Source of the DNA: a virus
Lineage: Duplodnaviria; Caudoviricetes
DNA: 64,000 nucleotides
Strand: one strand, 5' to 3'
Virus record (IMG/VR): IMGVR_UViG_3300028048_000002
Span: 32,001 to 96,000 of that record
Shown here one piece after another: positions 40,851 through 50,089 of this stretch; position 1 is the first letter of the stretch, and each line of letters begins with the position of its first letter. Below the pieces are notes generated by a model that saw nothing but the letters and a program-made list of their open reading frames with translations, did no database searches and was not told the origin of the DNA. A program made the translations under genes and the position numbers.

Positions 40851-41210
40851 TTATCTATATCCGTAATTTTCACGAGGTGGATTCCATTCATCTTCCACAG
40901 CCCTACGAACCTGTTCTTTTGTAGGCTCTTTAAAATTCCACCATTCATGAGAATTCAAATAATCTACCGCCTCCTGTGCAGTTTTAAATCCTCCAACACC
41001 TCCGGTATAACCTGAGGGATACGTAAAAGCTATAGAATAAGGATAATTACTAAATCCCATATATATCTTTATACGATATCCATCAATTTTCAACTCATAT
41101 TCAATGCAATGCTGTTCTGCATACTTAGTTTTAAAATCATACTCGTTTACATCAAACATATCAAGAGTCAATAACTTGGTAGAAGTAGCTGACTTTATAT
41201 ATCTTTTCAT
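40851..41210 (-). CDS. MKRYIK-leader family protein
   Basis: MKRYIKSA. Confidence 0.65.
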   Translation of the reverse strand: MKRYIKSATSTKLLTLDMFDVNEYDFKTKYAEQHCIEYELKIDGYRIKIYMGFSNYPYSIAFTYPSGYTGGVGGFKTAQEAVDYLNSHEWWNFKEPTKEQVRRAVEDEWNPPRENYGYR

Positions 41211-41219
41211 GAAACTATC

Positions 41220-41591
41220 CTATCTTATGCTATTAGGAAAAATATGTTCATTATTTTTTAGGTGGAACCAAGCTCTCCCACAAAAATCTACTGCATCATA
41301 TGGTTCAAACATAAAATCTATGTCACCAGTATCTCTTTGTACTGCCGTTTCAAATCGTTTAAACAGATTCTTTACGAAAGAATATTCATAAAATTCAGAA
41401 GAACCTATATACTCATTGTAATCCGCTAACCAGATTAAAACAGAACCTTCTACACCATCATCTTCAACACGATAATGAAAATCACAATCATCAAAAAGTT
41501 CTAATTCCGTATTTTTAGAGTCTGCAATAGCTCGATCTAGATGAGGTAATCTCATTTTTAACTCTTTTGCAGCTTTTACATATCTTTTCAT
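41220..41591 (-). CDS. MKRYIK-leader family protein
   Basis: MKRYVKAA. Confidence 0.65.
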   Translation of the reverse strand: MKRYVKAAKELKMRLPHLDRAIADSKNTELELFDDCDFHYRVEDDGVEGSVLIWLADYNEYIGSSEFYEYSFVKNLFKRFETAVQRDTGDIDFMFEPYDAVDFCGRAWFHLKNNEHIFPNSIR

Positions 41592-41639
41592 ATTAACGCC
41601 TTTCTTATTAATTTAAAATTTCAAACGATATTAAATTAA

Positions 41640-41852
41640 TCAACATCTAAAAAGAGAATATACAGCTTGCGCAAACCCTGATTTATATGCATTTGTTGCA
41701 GTTGCATAATCGGGATCTTTTAATGAAAGCTCATATATTCGTCTGCTACTATCATACATATATGTATCGCCTTTACTAAGGGTCATTGCTTTATCCCATC
41801 CAGCGTTAAATTCTGAATTGGTATCACGAGAAGATTTGATATAAATTTTCAT
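41640..41852 (-). CDS. MKRYIK-leader family protein
   Basis: MKIYIKSS. Confidence 0.6.
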   Translation of the reverse strand: MKIYIKSSRDTNSEFNAGWDKAMTLSKGDTYMYDSSRRIYELSLKDPDYATATNAYKSGFAQAVYSLFRC

Positions 41853-42054
41853 ACTAACTACTCCTTACATAAATTTTATCTTAATTGGTATCCTATTTCA
41901 TAATTATCAAGTTGGATCATTTAAATATGATCTATTTGATTTAATATATTTTCCCTCTAGTTCTCCTTATTTAATAATTTAGCAACTTAACTTACAAATA
42001 CCATAAAGTATAATAGTTACAAAGTCAATAGTAATTGAAATATCTTATTTCAAG

Positions 42055-42387
42055 TTATTCTGAATCTTCGTAATATCCACAATTTGCGCATGCTTTAGAT
42101 TCTGAATCATAATAATCTGCAACACCACATTGAGGACAAGGTGTTAAATCAACAGATCTAGAATTTCTAAACCGATTAATAGCATATTTAATAAACTTGT
42201 CAATGCAATCTCTAGCTCCAGATTCTACTTCTGTTTGAGTATAACCAAAACCCGAAGCTTTAATAGATTTAATGTCTATAGCATCAGGAACTACAAATAC
42301 ATATCCTTTATTTTTAGGCGCAATCACATATTCAATTCCAAAATATTCGGACTTAAAAGATTTTGATGCTTTAATGTATCTTTTCAT
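42055..42387 (-). CDS. MKRYIK-leader family protein with a C-terminal zinc ribbon
   Basis: MKRYIKAS; CPQCG..CANCG. Confidence 0.65.
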   Translation of the reverse strand: MKRYIKASKSFKSEYFGIEYVIAPKNKGYVFVVPDAIDIKSIKASGFGYTQTEVESGARDCIDKFIKYAINRFRNSRSVDLTPCPQCGVADYYDSESKACANCGYYEDSE

Positions 42388-42402
42388 TTACACCTCCAAA
42401 CA

Positions 42403-42714
42403 TTACAAAACTAATTTTTCATATTCTATATTATTTGCATCTAGTAGATGTTCAAGATCAACAATATAAAGGAGTAATTTTCTATTTTCTTCTTTTACTT
42501 CATCTAGAAGTTCTTGAGCTTGTTCAAGCTTCTCTGAAGTATTTTGAAACTGTATCATAGCAGCTTCTTTTAGTTTTAACGCATCTTCTATATTTGAACT
42601 AGCAACATCTGCTTTAGTTTTATTTCTATTTACAACCGCATTTATAACAGCAACAATCGCACCGCCTCCACAAGCGGTTAAAATAGATACTAAAAATGTA
42701 ACATCAGAACTCAT
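42403..42714 (-). CDS. Holin-like membrane protein (N-terminal TM plus coiled coil)
   Basis: FLVSILTACGGGAIVAVINAVV followed by heptad repeats. Confidence 0.5.
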   Translation of the reverse strand: MSSDVTFLVSILTACGGGAIVAVINAVVNRNKTKADVASSNIEDALKLKEAAMIQFQNTSEKLEQAQELLDEVKEENRKLLLYIVDLEHLLDANNIEYEKLVL

Positions 42715-43163
42715 TCAGAACCCTCGTTATTTATAAATTCATCTGTAAGAACTTTTTTGTATCGTTTAATGTCTTCATGGGTATTTTTCACATATAGATA
42801 TTCATCTACAAGCAAAAATATTAGTAAAAACTGACCAAAGGCATCAAGCAGTATATAATACAATACCGGATTAAATAAATCTAATATTTCATAGTCTAAA
42901 AGTACCTGAGGGATGAAACTAAAAATTTCAATAACAATAATGCTAAAAAGCAATTTATCATACGGACCTCGACCTTTAATTCTAGCTAAAATTAGTTGTC
43001 CGTATAGCACAAATCTAACTACACATAATATTCCATTAAGATGTGCAAACATTTCTCCATAGAAACTTTGCATTAATGTAAATACATTAGATACCATTAA
43101 TAAGCTATATAAGAAAATGAATCCATATTTTCTTATTCTAAACCATTTTAAATAGCGTGACAT
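42711..43163 (-). CDS. Multi-pass membrane protein
   Basis: About 4 hydrophobic helices; ATGA-coupled to the holin-like gene. Confidence 0.55.
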   Translation of the reverse strand: MSRYLKWFRIRKYGFIFLYSLLMVSNVFTLMQSFYGEMFAHLNGILCVVRFVLYGQLILARIKGRGPYDKLLFSIIVIEIFSFIPQVLLDYEILDLFNPVLYYILLDAFGQFLLIFLLVDEYLYVKNTHEDIKRYKKVLTDEFINNEGSE

Positions 43164-43227
43164 ATCACCCTCACATAGTTATGACTATGGTGTATCTTAT
43201 TGATATATATGGTTACAAAAATTAAAA

Positions 43228-43258
43228 AAATCGTAAGAAAATATGCTTCTTACGATTT
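43228..43258 (-). terminator. Intrinsic terminator
   Basis: AAATCGTAAGAA...TTCTTACGATTT with a T-run on the minus strand. Confidence 0.6.
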
Positions 43259-43285
43259 AAATATATAGTATATCTTAGGATATAC

Positions 43286-43507
43286 TTAGTCATAATAATG
43301 TCTAACAGATCTCTTAGTTGCTTCAATAGCTGTATCTAAAATCTTATCAAGCCAACGTTTAAACTCAGGTTTCTGATCCTCTAATTCAATTCCCAATCTA
43401 AGGTAATTATCTTTAAGTTCTATGCATAAAAGATCAATAATTTCATCTTCTGCTAGAAAATCATGTTTAGTGGGTGTTAGTTTTTCTGAAGAAACGATGT
43501 ATTTCAT
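43286..43507 (-). CDS. Leader-family-like small protein
   Basis: MKYIVSS start. Confidence 0.55.
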   Translation of the reverse strand: MKYIVSSEKLTPTKHDFLAEDEIIDLLCIELKDNYLRLGIELEDQKPEFKRWLDKILDTAIEATKRSVRHYYD

Positions 43508-43510
43508 TAT

Positions 43511-43990
43511 TTAATCCTTAACTCTTTCATACCAAGTATTTTGATACCTAACTGCAGTAACTTCACCATTTTGTAATTCAACATCTTGCAGTAAATAATA
43601 ATTATCGTTAGAATAGGCTGAACAATCAACATGTTGTGAATTTTCAGCTCTATGCTTTACCCCATCTTCATCTACCCATATATTTCTACTTATAGCTAGC
43701 ACTTGCTTATATTCATCCATAACAGCTGGATCCAACATCATGTCACCGGGAAATATAGGAATGCCTTCACAATCAACAGGTACTGCTTCATACTGTACAC
43801 CAAAAACATCAAGAGGTTGTCTATGTTTTGCTACTTTTTCGACTCTTTTACAGAAATCGAATAACTCAAAAAACTCATCTTCAACATCATCTACAAGAGT
43901 TTCCAAAACATGCTGGGTATGACTTGATAAAGTAGAATTATAAAGCCTGTTACGAAGCTTATCAATGCTTTTCATATTCACCCTTAACAC
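43511..43990 (-). CDS. Hypothetical protein
   Basis: VPVDCEGIPIFPGD motif. Confidence 0.55.
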   Translation of the reverse strand: MLRVNMKSIDKLRNRLYNSTLSSHTQHVLETLVDDVEDEFFELFDFCKRVEKVAKHRQPLDVFGVQYEAVPVDCEGIPIFPGDMMLDPAVMDEYKQVLAISRNIWVDEDGVKHRAENSQHVDCSAYSNDNYYLLQDVELQNGEVTAVRYQNTWYERVKD

Positions 43991-44072
43991 CTAGGTATTA
44001 TACTGATATAATTAAATTTCTACGAAGCTGCATATACACGTTTTATGATATATCCTAACTGTCTATACTAAA

Positions 44073-44489
44073 TTACACTACCGTAAGTTTTCCAAAAGAT
44101 TTTGCTTCAAAAACAGCAAGTTGAAACTCTTCAGAAGCCAATTTAGATTTCAAATTTGCTATCCTAGATTTAATCAACTCAATTGCAAGATTCTTAGCTT
44201 TATCTTCATTGTCCTCATTCAAGGTTACATAAATGGCTTTTCCAGCACCTTTAGCCTTATCCAAGATAACGTCATCAGCACCGATAAACCCACCAATAGC
44301 TTTACCACTCTTATAAATTACTTTAGAATCTTCCAAGCACTTAAAATTAAATTTTACTTTATCAAATGGGCCATATTCAAAAGTAGGCTGCTTAATAGCG
44401 GTTACTTCAAATGTGTACTTAGTTACTTCCAACTTGCCTTGAACAGCTTCGAAAGAATACCTATAAATACGATCACCTACGTTAAACAT
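44073..44489 (-). CDS. Early protein
   Basis: GGAGGT RBS; consensus promoter upstream. Confidence 0.6.
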   Translation of the reverse strand: MFNVGDRIYRYSFEAVQGKLEVTKYTFEVTAIKQPTFEYGPFDKVKFNFKCLEDSKVIYKSGKAIGGFIGADDVILDKAKGAGKAIYVTLNEDNEDKAKNLAIELIKSRIANLKSKLASEEFQLAVFEAKSFGKLTVV

Positions 44490-44526
44490 GCTATCTACCT
44501 CCTACTTATAGATTATCTATAAACCG

Positions 44527-44555
44527 ATTATAACCTATCTAAATAAAAAAGTCAA
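44527..44555 (-). promoter_or_regulatory. Sigma70-type (early) promoter
   Basis: TTGACT-N17-TATAAT. Confidence 0.72.
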
Positions 44556-44594
44556 TAGTAGTTTAATAAATACAAAACTATTATGTACACCGTA

Positions 44595-46289
44595 TTAACG
44601 TAGATCAGAAGATGTTAAGCAAATTACAAACTCAGAACTTTTTCTAAAATGAGATTGATATTTCAGTTCTTCTACAATATTAGCTTTATATTTATAAGTT
44701 TTATCAACTACAAATAAATAATATTTGCATTTAAATCTAGATATAATGATATCAATCCATTCATCGCAAGATTTAGTTATTTGATTATTACCTGTTAAGT
44801 ATATTTCGGAATTTCCATAAGGAGGACATGTAAATAAACTTTCATATTCTCCCCTTGAACTAAAAATATCTTTACATTTAAGTCTTACATCTATATTGTG
44901 AAACTTACAAAGTTGCTTGCTTTCTTCTATAGTTTCTGCTCTAATATCTTGCCCAATGTAAGATTTACCTAAACTAGCAGATCCTAGTAATCTTCCAGAA
45001 AACCCAGAAAACGGATCAAAGATTTCTACTACATTATTAAGATATTTTGATATTAAATATTTAGCTAAAACTGGATTAAACACAGATACTTTTGGTGCAA
45101 TTTTAGAAATATTAAAACCTTGTAAAACTTTAGATGGATCTACATTATCAATATATACTAATCTATTTGCAATAGATTTTTTTAACAACTCATCATCATA
45201 CCATGCATCATAAACAGATGGTTTATTGTATACATGACAATGCCAAATAGATTTATGAAATTGTCGAATAGAGGATAATCCATACCAACAACCTGATTTG
45301 TAGTTAGCAGTGTCATAGCTTATTAATTTTGCATAGTCTTTAAGTAACCTAGAATCTGAATAATTTGGATACGGAAAATCTATACTCCTGCACCATGTAA
45401 AGATTTCACCTTCATAATTAAATATATCAAGCTTTTGAGTTATCAATACAAGTAATTGATTTAATCCTCTCTCAAAATCATCTTCTTGTATAATTAAAAA
45501 CTTAGTACCTTCAGGTACAAGTTCTAATCTACGAATATCATTTTCAGGTAACACCCATAAACCATCAGGATCATCTAAATACCCGTGATAAAAACTCCCA
45601 TCGCAATCTATAAGAATTTTATACTCAGGAATATATAAATCAAATGAATGGGTAAAAGTCTCTCCTTGTATTATATATTCAGTTTCATATACGATTTTAT
45701 ACTCATTTAAAATAGCATGTAACCGTTTCTCTAAACTGCTAGGATTGTTTTTATACGCCAAGGCTGCTTTGCTACGTACTTCTTTACTCCCTATAGGTGC
45801 AACACTACCATATCTTTCAAGATTAGTCTTTTGCATTTTATCATTACGTCCAGGAATCTGAGAAGTATACTCCACTCCGTATTTATTTAAGCACGTTTGT
45901 TTACATTTTTCTTGAAACCAATTTGCTTGTACTGGCCAATCTACTCCATACTTTTCTCTAAAAATCTGTTTAGATTTTTCTTTAATCAAATCCGATTGAG
46001 CTGCATGCTTTACTCCATATCGCTTTAAATTAGTTTGCTCTTTCTTCTTCTGAAGTTCTTCAGATTGTTGAGAAAACGGGACACCAAATCTTTTGACCAT
46101 TGTGCGTTCTCTAAGTAACTCGGCACACTTTGTAGAACACGTTTGTTTATCTTTATTGACCCAGTTTATTTCAAACCGATTACCACAAACAACACAATCT
46201 TTATAATGAATATTATCACAATATCTTTGAGCATTATAATTAGGTATGAATTCTTGTCCACACAATTTACATATTTTCTTTTTTGGCAT
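44595..46289 (-). CDS. Homing-endonuclease-like protein (Zn ribbons, KYGV repeats, PD-(D/E)XK/Vsr-like domain) fused to an amino-DNA-methyltransferase-like domain
   Basis: TNLKRYGV-type repeats; SFDLYIPEYKILIDCDGSFYH; FDPFSGFSGR (SAM motif I) and FTCPPY (motif IV-like). Confidence 0.65.
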   Translation of the reverse strand: MPKKKICKLCGQEFIPNYNAQRYCDNIHYKDCVVCGNRFEINWVNKDKQTCSTKCAELLRERTMVKRFGVPFSQQSEELQKKKEQTNLKRYGVKHAAQSDLIKEKSKQIFREKYGVDWPVQANWFQEKCKQTCLNKYGVEYTSQIPGRNDKMQKTNLERYGSVAPIGSKEVRSKAALAYKNNPSSLEKRLHAILNEYKIVYETEYIIQGETFTHSFDLYIPEYKILIDCDGSFYHGYLDDPDGLWVLPENDIRRLELVPEGTKFLIIQEDDFERGLNQLLVLITQKLDIFNYEGEIFTWCRSIDFPYPNYSDSRLLKDYAKLISYDTANYKSGCWYGLSSIRQFHKSIWHCHVYNKPSVYDAWYDDELLKKSIANRLVYIDNVDPSKVLQGFNISKIAPKVSVFNPVLAKYLISKYLNNVVEIFDPFSGFSGRLLGSASLGKSYIGQDIRAETIEESKQLCKFHNIDVRLKCKDIFSSRGEYESLFTCPPYGNSEIYLTGNNQITKSCDEWIDIIISRFKCKYYLFVVDKTYKYKANIVEELKYQSHFRKSSEFVICLTSSDLR

Positions 46290-46338
46290 AATATACCTTT
46301 CAAAAATAATCATTGACAAGTATATTATAGTATATATG

Positions 46339-46387
46339 AATATAAAACTAAAGTTGAGACTTCATATCCCAACTTTAGTTTTATATT
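46339..46387. repeat. 18-bp perfect inverted repeat
   Basis: AATATAAAACTAAAGTTG / CAACTTTAGTTTTATATT with a 13-nt spacer. Confidence 0.8.
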
Positions 46388-46503
46388 TCATCAGGAACTT
46401 TAAAATATTCCTAACTTAGTGTTTAATCCGATGGTACAGGTACTGGACCTGCAGGAGAGCGGGGAGGGTAAATCCTTAATTTAATACACATATAATTTCA
46501 AAT

Positions 46504-46755
46504 TTATAAATCCCACGAATCATCTTCCCAAGGATCATGCAACGAATTAAATAACGGATATTCACAATCTTCATCATAAACTATGAAATACTCTCCATCT
46601 TGTAATTCGTAAAAACTATTTTCAATTACTTGACGAAGTGTAAGGTTATAACAATCTCTGGCAACTTCTCTATCAGTATTTATATCGCAAAATTGAACAT
46701 TATACCAATTTCATGTATCGTAATATTCATCAGATGATTTAATATATCTTTTCAT
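46504..46755 (-). pseudogene. MKRYIK-leader gene with an in-frame TGA at codon 15
   Basis: MKRYIKSSDEYYDT*NWYNVQFCD..PWEDDSWDL; TGA at 46711-46713. Confidence 0.65.
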
Positions 46756-46819
46756 TTTAACCTCGTATTAATTTTCATTCATGTATTACTGAATTAAAAA
46801 GTCAATACCAATATAATAG

Positions 46820-46846
46820 GGGCCAGTGATATTAAATTACTGGCCC
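46820..46846 (-). terminator. Terminator after the tail tube gene
   Basis: GGGCCAGTAAT..ATCACTGGCCC hairpin. Confidence 0.6.
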
Positions 46847-46863
46847 TGTTTACTAATTTAATA

Positions 46864-47409
46864 TTACTGAAGATCCGATGACGTTAGATAAATGGCTTTA
46901 GAAATGTGGAACGGTACACTTACTTTAACAACTTCTCCACCTTGTTGATTATAATCACCGTTATCTAATTGGCCAATCCAGGTACCCGGACACCTGATAC
47001 CATCTCTAATATTTCCTTGTCCATCATACCTTAAGAAGTAAACTTGACGCATATATTCTGACGGTAACCCCATACGCTCAGTCTGAGGATCATATATCTG
47101 TCTACGCCATTCTCTCAAGCTTTCGAGAACATTAGGTTCACAGAAACAGTTAAGCGTCCAAGTTACTTCACCATAATCTACTTTTCCTGGGAATTTAATT
47201 AAACCGTTACCATAATGGACAGTAATTGCATCTTGAGATTCAGAAATATTTCCAACAGTATCAGTTGATAACGTTAGAAGATCACTAAACTCAGTAGGTG
47301 AGCTTCCGTCCATGTTATAAATACGTACCTCGAAATTATTAGTCGTTAGGGGCACATAATTGTCAATACCTAACATATGATTTGTGCCTAGGTAAAGGGG
47401 AGTAAACAT
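46864..47409 (-). CDS. Tail tube protein (T4 gp19-like)
   Basis: NNFEVRI..ITVHYGNGLIKFPGKVDYGEVTWTL..LREWRRQIYDPQT..MGLPSEY..GTW. Confidence 0.75.
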   Translation of the reverse strand: MFTPLYLGTNHMLGIDNYVPLTTNNFEVRIYNMDGSSPTEFSDLLTLSTDTVGNISESQDAITVHYGNGLIKFPGKVDYGEVTWTLNCFCEPNVLESLREWRRQIYDPQTERMGLPSEYMRQVYFLRYDGQGNIRDGIRCPGTWIGQLDNGDYNQQGGEVVKVSVPFHISKAIYLTSSDLQ

Positions 47410-47584
47410 ATTCTTTCCTTTCATTTCAATATATTGAATACTGAAATAATGTAAGATTACATATCATAAATTATTATATAAAAGTTAGATATTATTACAT
47501 ATGTTGAATTTAGAAACCGATTAATTCAATACTGTATACCTAATTTAGATATTCACATTAATACATCGTTAGAAAATTTAACTA

Positions 47585-48259
47585 TTAGTACTCTTCATCA
47601 TCGATAGCATATTGAGAATCATTTAGAATATTTTCCAAATATTGTTTGTACATTTTTTTAAATGTTGCTTTAGTTTTAGATTGAATAGCTAATTCAATTA
47701 CATCTTCATTAAACATCTGATAATCATAATTTTCAGCAAGCTTTTGTTTAAAATCTGATGAATAAAACCAAATACCTCCCATACCCATTTGTGTGGAAGG
47801 TTCTAACACAACTCCTAATGTATCTTCAACTTCTTGTTGTATTTTTTCTAATTCCTCCCCAGCATCAGTTTGTGAATACAATGAATCAATTCCATCATTA
47901 GATTCTTGTTCTAGTTGATTACGCAGACCTTTCCATCCCCCTATAGGTATTTCCATTTGTATATAAAAATACAAAGAGTTAGAATAAAGACCTTGACCAG
48001 CTTCAATATTTGGATCATCTGTATATTTTAATAATTCAGATTTTAACTGTTCATCATATATTTTTTTATCGTGTTGAGATAAAATAATATCAGTAGAATA
48101 GTCATACCCAGTAAATTTTTTTCCTTTATCTGTATATGTATATTTTTTTATATTCTTTAACTCTATAGTACGACCTAAAACTTTAGAAAATAAATTTGCA
48201 ATTTGTTCTTTAGTTAATGGAATTGATTTAGATTGATTTGCTTTAATATATCTTTTCGT
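47585..48259 (-). CDS. MKRYIK-leader family protein with an ACG start codon; C-terminal 'EPS-Q-G-GG' domain
   Basis: ACG AAA AGA TAT ATT AAA GCA at 48259, open and in frame with track ORF 47585-47974. Confidence 0.6.
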   Translation of the reverse strand, partial: TKRYIKANQSKSIPLTKEQIANLFSKVLGRTIELKNIKKYTYTDKGKKFTGYDYSTDIILSQHDKKIYDEQLKSELLKYTDDPNIEAGQGLYSNSLYFYIQMEIPIGGWKGLRNQLEQESNDGIDSLYSQTDAGEELEKIQQEVEDTLGVVLEPSTQMGMGGIWFYSSDFKQKLAENYDYQMFNEDVIELAIQSKTKATFKKMYKQYLENILNDSQYAIDDEEY

Positions 48260-48321
48260 GTTTTACTCTCACCCCGTTTTCAAGTCCAGAAAGAATTCTA
48301 AAAATCTGAAGCCAATCACTA

Positions 48322-48633
48322 TTAATATTCTTCATTGTCATCAAAATCATACCAATCATAATCATAATAATGATTATGAACTATAGATCTAACAGAATTA
48401 CAAAATTCTTTGTTATCATAATCGGCAAATGGCAGCAAACTTTCGTAAATTCCGTCATCATCCATTTCAGTTATAATCAAAATGACATGCTCAAGTGTAA
48501 CTTCATATGCATCATCTTCACAATATTCTGGATAATTCTCCCAAATTTGATAAAGAATATCCAACGTAAGATCTTCTAGTAATTTTTCAGATATTCTGTT
48601 ATCACTGTTTGCAGCTTTGATATATCTTTTCAT
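48322..48633 (-). CDS. MKRYIK-leader family acidic protein
   Basis: MKRYIKAA. Confidence 0.65.
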   Translation of the reverse strand: MKRYIKAANSDNRISEKLLEDLTLDILYQIWENYPEYCEDDAYEVTLEHVILIITEMDDDGIYESLLPFADYDNKEFCNSVRSIVHNHYYDYDWYDFDDNEEY

Positions 48634-48679
48634 AGCTTATTCCTACTCAAATACGTATTCATTAAGAACAACTTATCAT

Positions 48680-48966
48680 CTTACAAAGCCTTCAAAGCTC
48701 GATTTACCCCTCTAGATATCTTACGCATGCCAGCATCAATTTCACCTTCGGTATCATCACCGTAGAAGTCAAATTCCGAATAAGATTTTCCCTATACCCA
48801 TTGACCATTTACACTTACATCAAACTCATAATGCAAGTTACCATCAGACCCAAAGTATGGTATCCCACGTAGGATTTTTCTCTTCTAATCTTTCACAAAT
48901 TTCATTAGGAACTAACGCATCTGGCACTTGTCCACTTACTTTTGAAGCTTTAATGTATCTTTTCAT
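48680..48966 (-). pseudogene. Frameshifted MKRYIK-leader gene
   Basis: MKRYIKASKVSG.. stops after 40 aa at 48844; coding-like continuation in another frame (PYFGSDGNLHYEFDVSVNG) carries a further stop. Confidence 0.5.
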
Positions 48967-48985
48967 GTTTTTCCTTAAACTAAAG

Positions 48986-50013
48986 TAACATTACTTATTT
49001 ATTAAAAATTATTTTTAAGTCTTCATAATGATCTAGATCAGATTTTATATCTCGAATTTTTTCATCAAGATATTCAGATACAAGAAACTTTGCTTTTTCT
49101 TCATCATTTTCTTTTAGAAGGACGTAAATGATGTAATTAGAAATTCTCTATTTATCTATAATAGTAATTATTTAAATTAAAATGTTAACAGTTTAATACT
49201 CCTCATCGTAATCTTCATCATAATAACCATAATCCGAAATATCGTCATAGAATTTAGCTTCTACGTCATCGTTGATTTCATCTCCAGGGAACTTATGCTC
49301 CATGTCTTTTTCAAACAATTCAAAAGCTTTATCATGAAAATCAGATCCAGAAAGCTCCCAATAAGCTGGATTATCGTTTACTATTTCAACATACTTAACA
49401 ACATCAAACTCATTTCCAGTTGAATCCGGTAATCCATGTATTACATAATCTTCAATAGTCTTTGCATATGCTCTCCTATTACGTTGTCCATTACGTTGTG
49501 GTTGAGGTGTTTTTTCTTTAAGAATTTCACGAATCTTCTTCATCTGTTCCTTACCGTATCCTGATTTGAGAATTTGATGAATCTGCCACATCTGAAGATT
49601 ATCGTATTCCGGGTCTGCATACCAAGATACGTCAACACCTTCTTCGAGGCCTCTGCGAATCTCATACATCTGATCCTTATCGTATTTCGGATCTGCGTAC
49701 ACAGATACGTCAAGGCCGTCTTCGAGACCATCGCGGATTTCTTTCATCTGCCACTTATCAAACACACCCATATTTTTGTAATCTTCAATTGTTTTTGCTG
49801 CTTTGATATATCTTTTCATATTTTTATCCTCCATAAGATAACATTACTCATTTATTAAAGATTGAGTTTTAGATTTTCATAATAATTTAGATCAGATTTT
49901 ATATCTCGGATTTTTGTATCAAGATAATCAGATACGAGCGACTTTGCTTTTTCTTCATCGTTTTCTTTTAGAAGGACGTATATGATGTAATTAGAAATTC
50001 TCTATTTATCTAT
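48986..50013. repeat. ~175-bp imperfect direct repeat (48986-49159 and 49839-50013)
   Basis: Near-identical blocks, each upstream of a leader-family gene. Confidence 0.8.
49193..49819 (-). CDS. MKRYIK-leader protein with YADPKY repeats and a unique C-domain
   Basis: MKRYIKAAKTIEDY; ~2 repeats of QMxEIRxGLExGxDVSxYADPKY. Confidence 0.7.
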   Translation of the reverse strand: MKRYIKAAKTIEDYKNMGVFDKWQMKEIRDGLEDGLDVSVYADPKYDKDQMYEIRRGLEEGVDVSWYADPEYDNLQMWQIHQILKSGYGKEQMKKIREILKEKTPQPQRNGQRNRRAYAKTIEDYVIHGLPDSTGNEFDVVKYVEIVNDNPAYWELSGSDFHDKAFELFEKDMEHKFPGDEINDDVEAKFYDDISDYGYYDEDYDEEY

Positions 50014-50089
50014 TTAAAATAAACAAGTTAACTGAGAAAATTCATTAAATTGAAAAATTCATCATATCAATATCAGAAAATTGATATTA

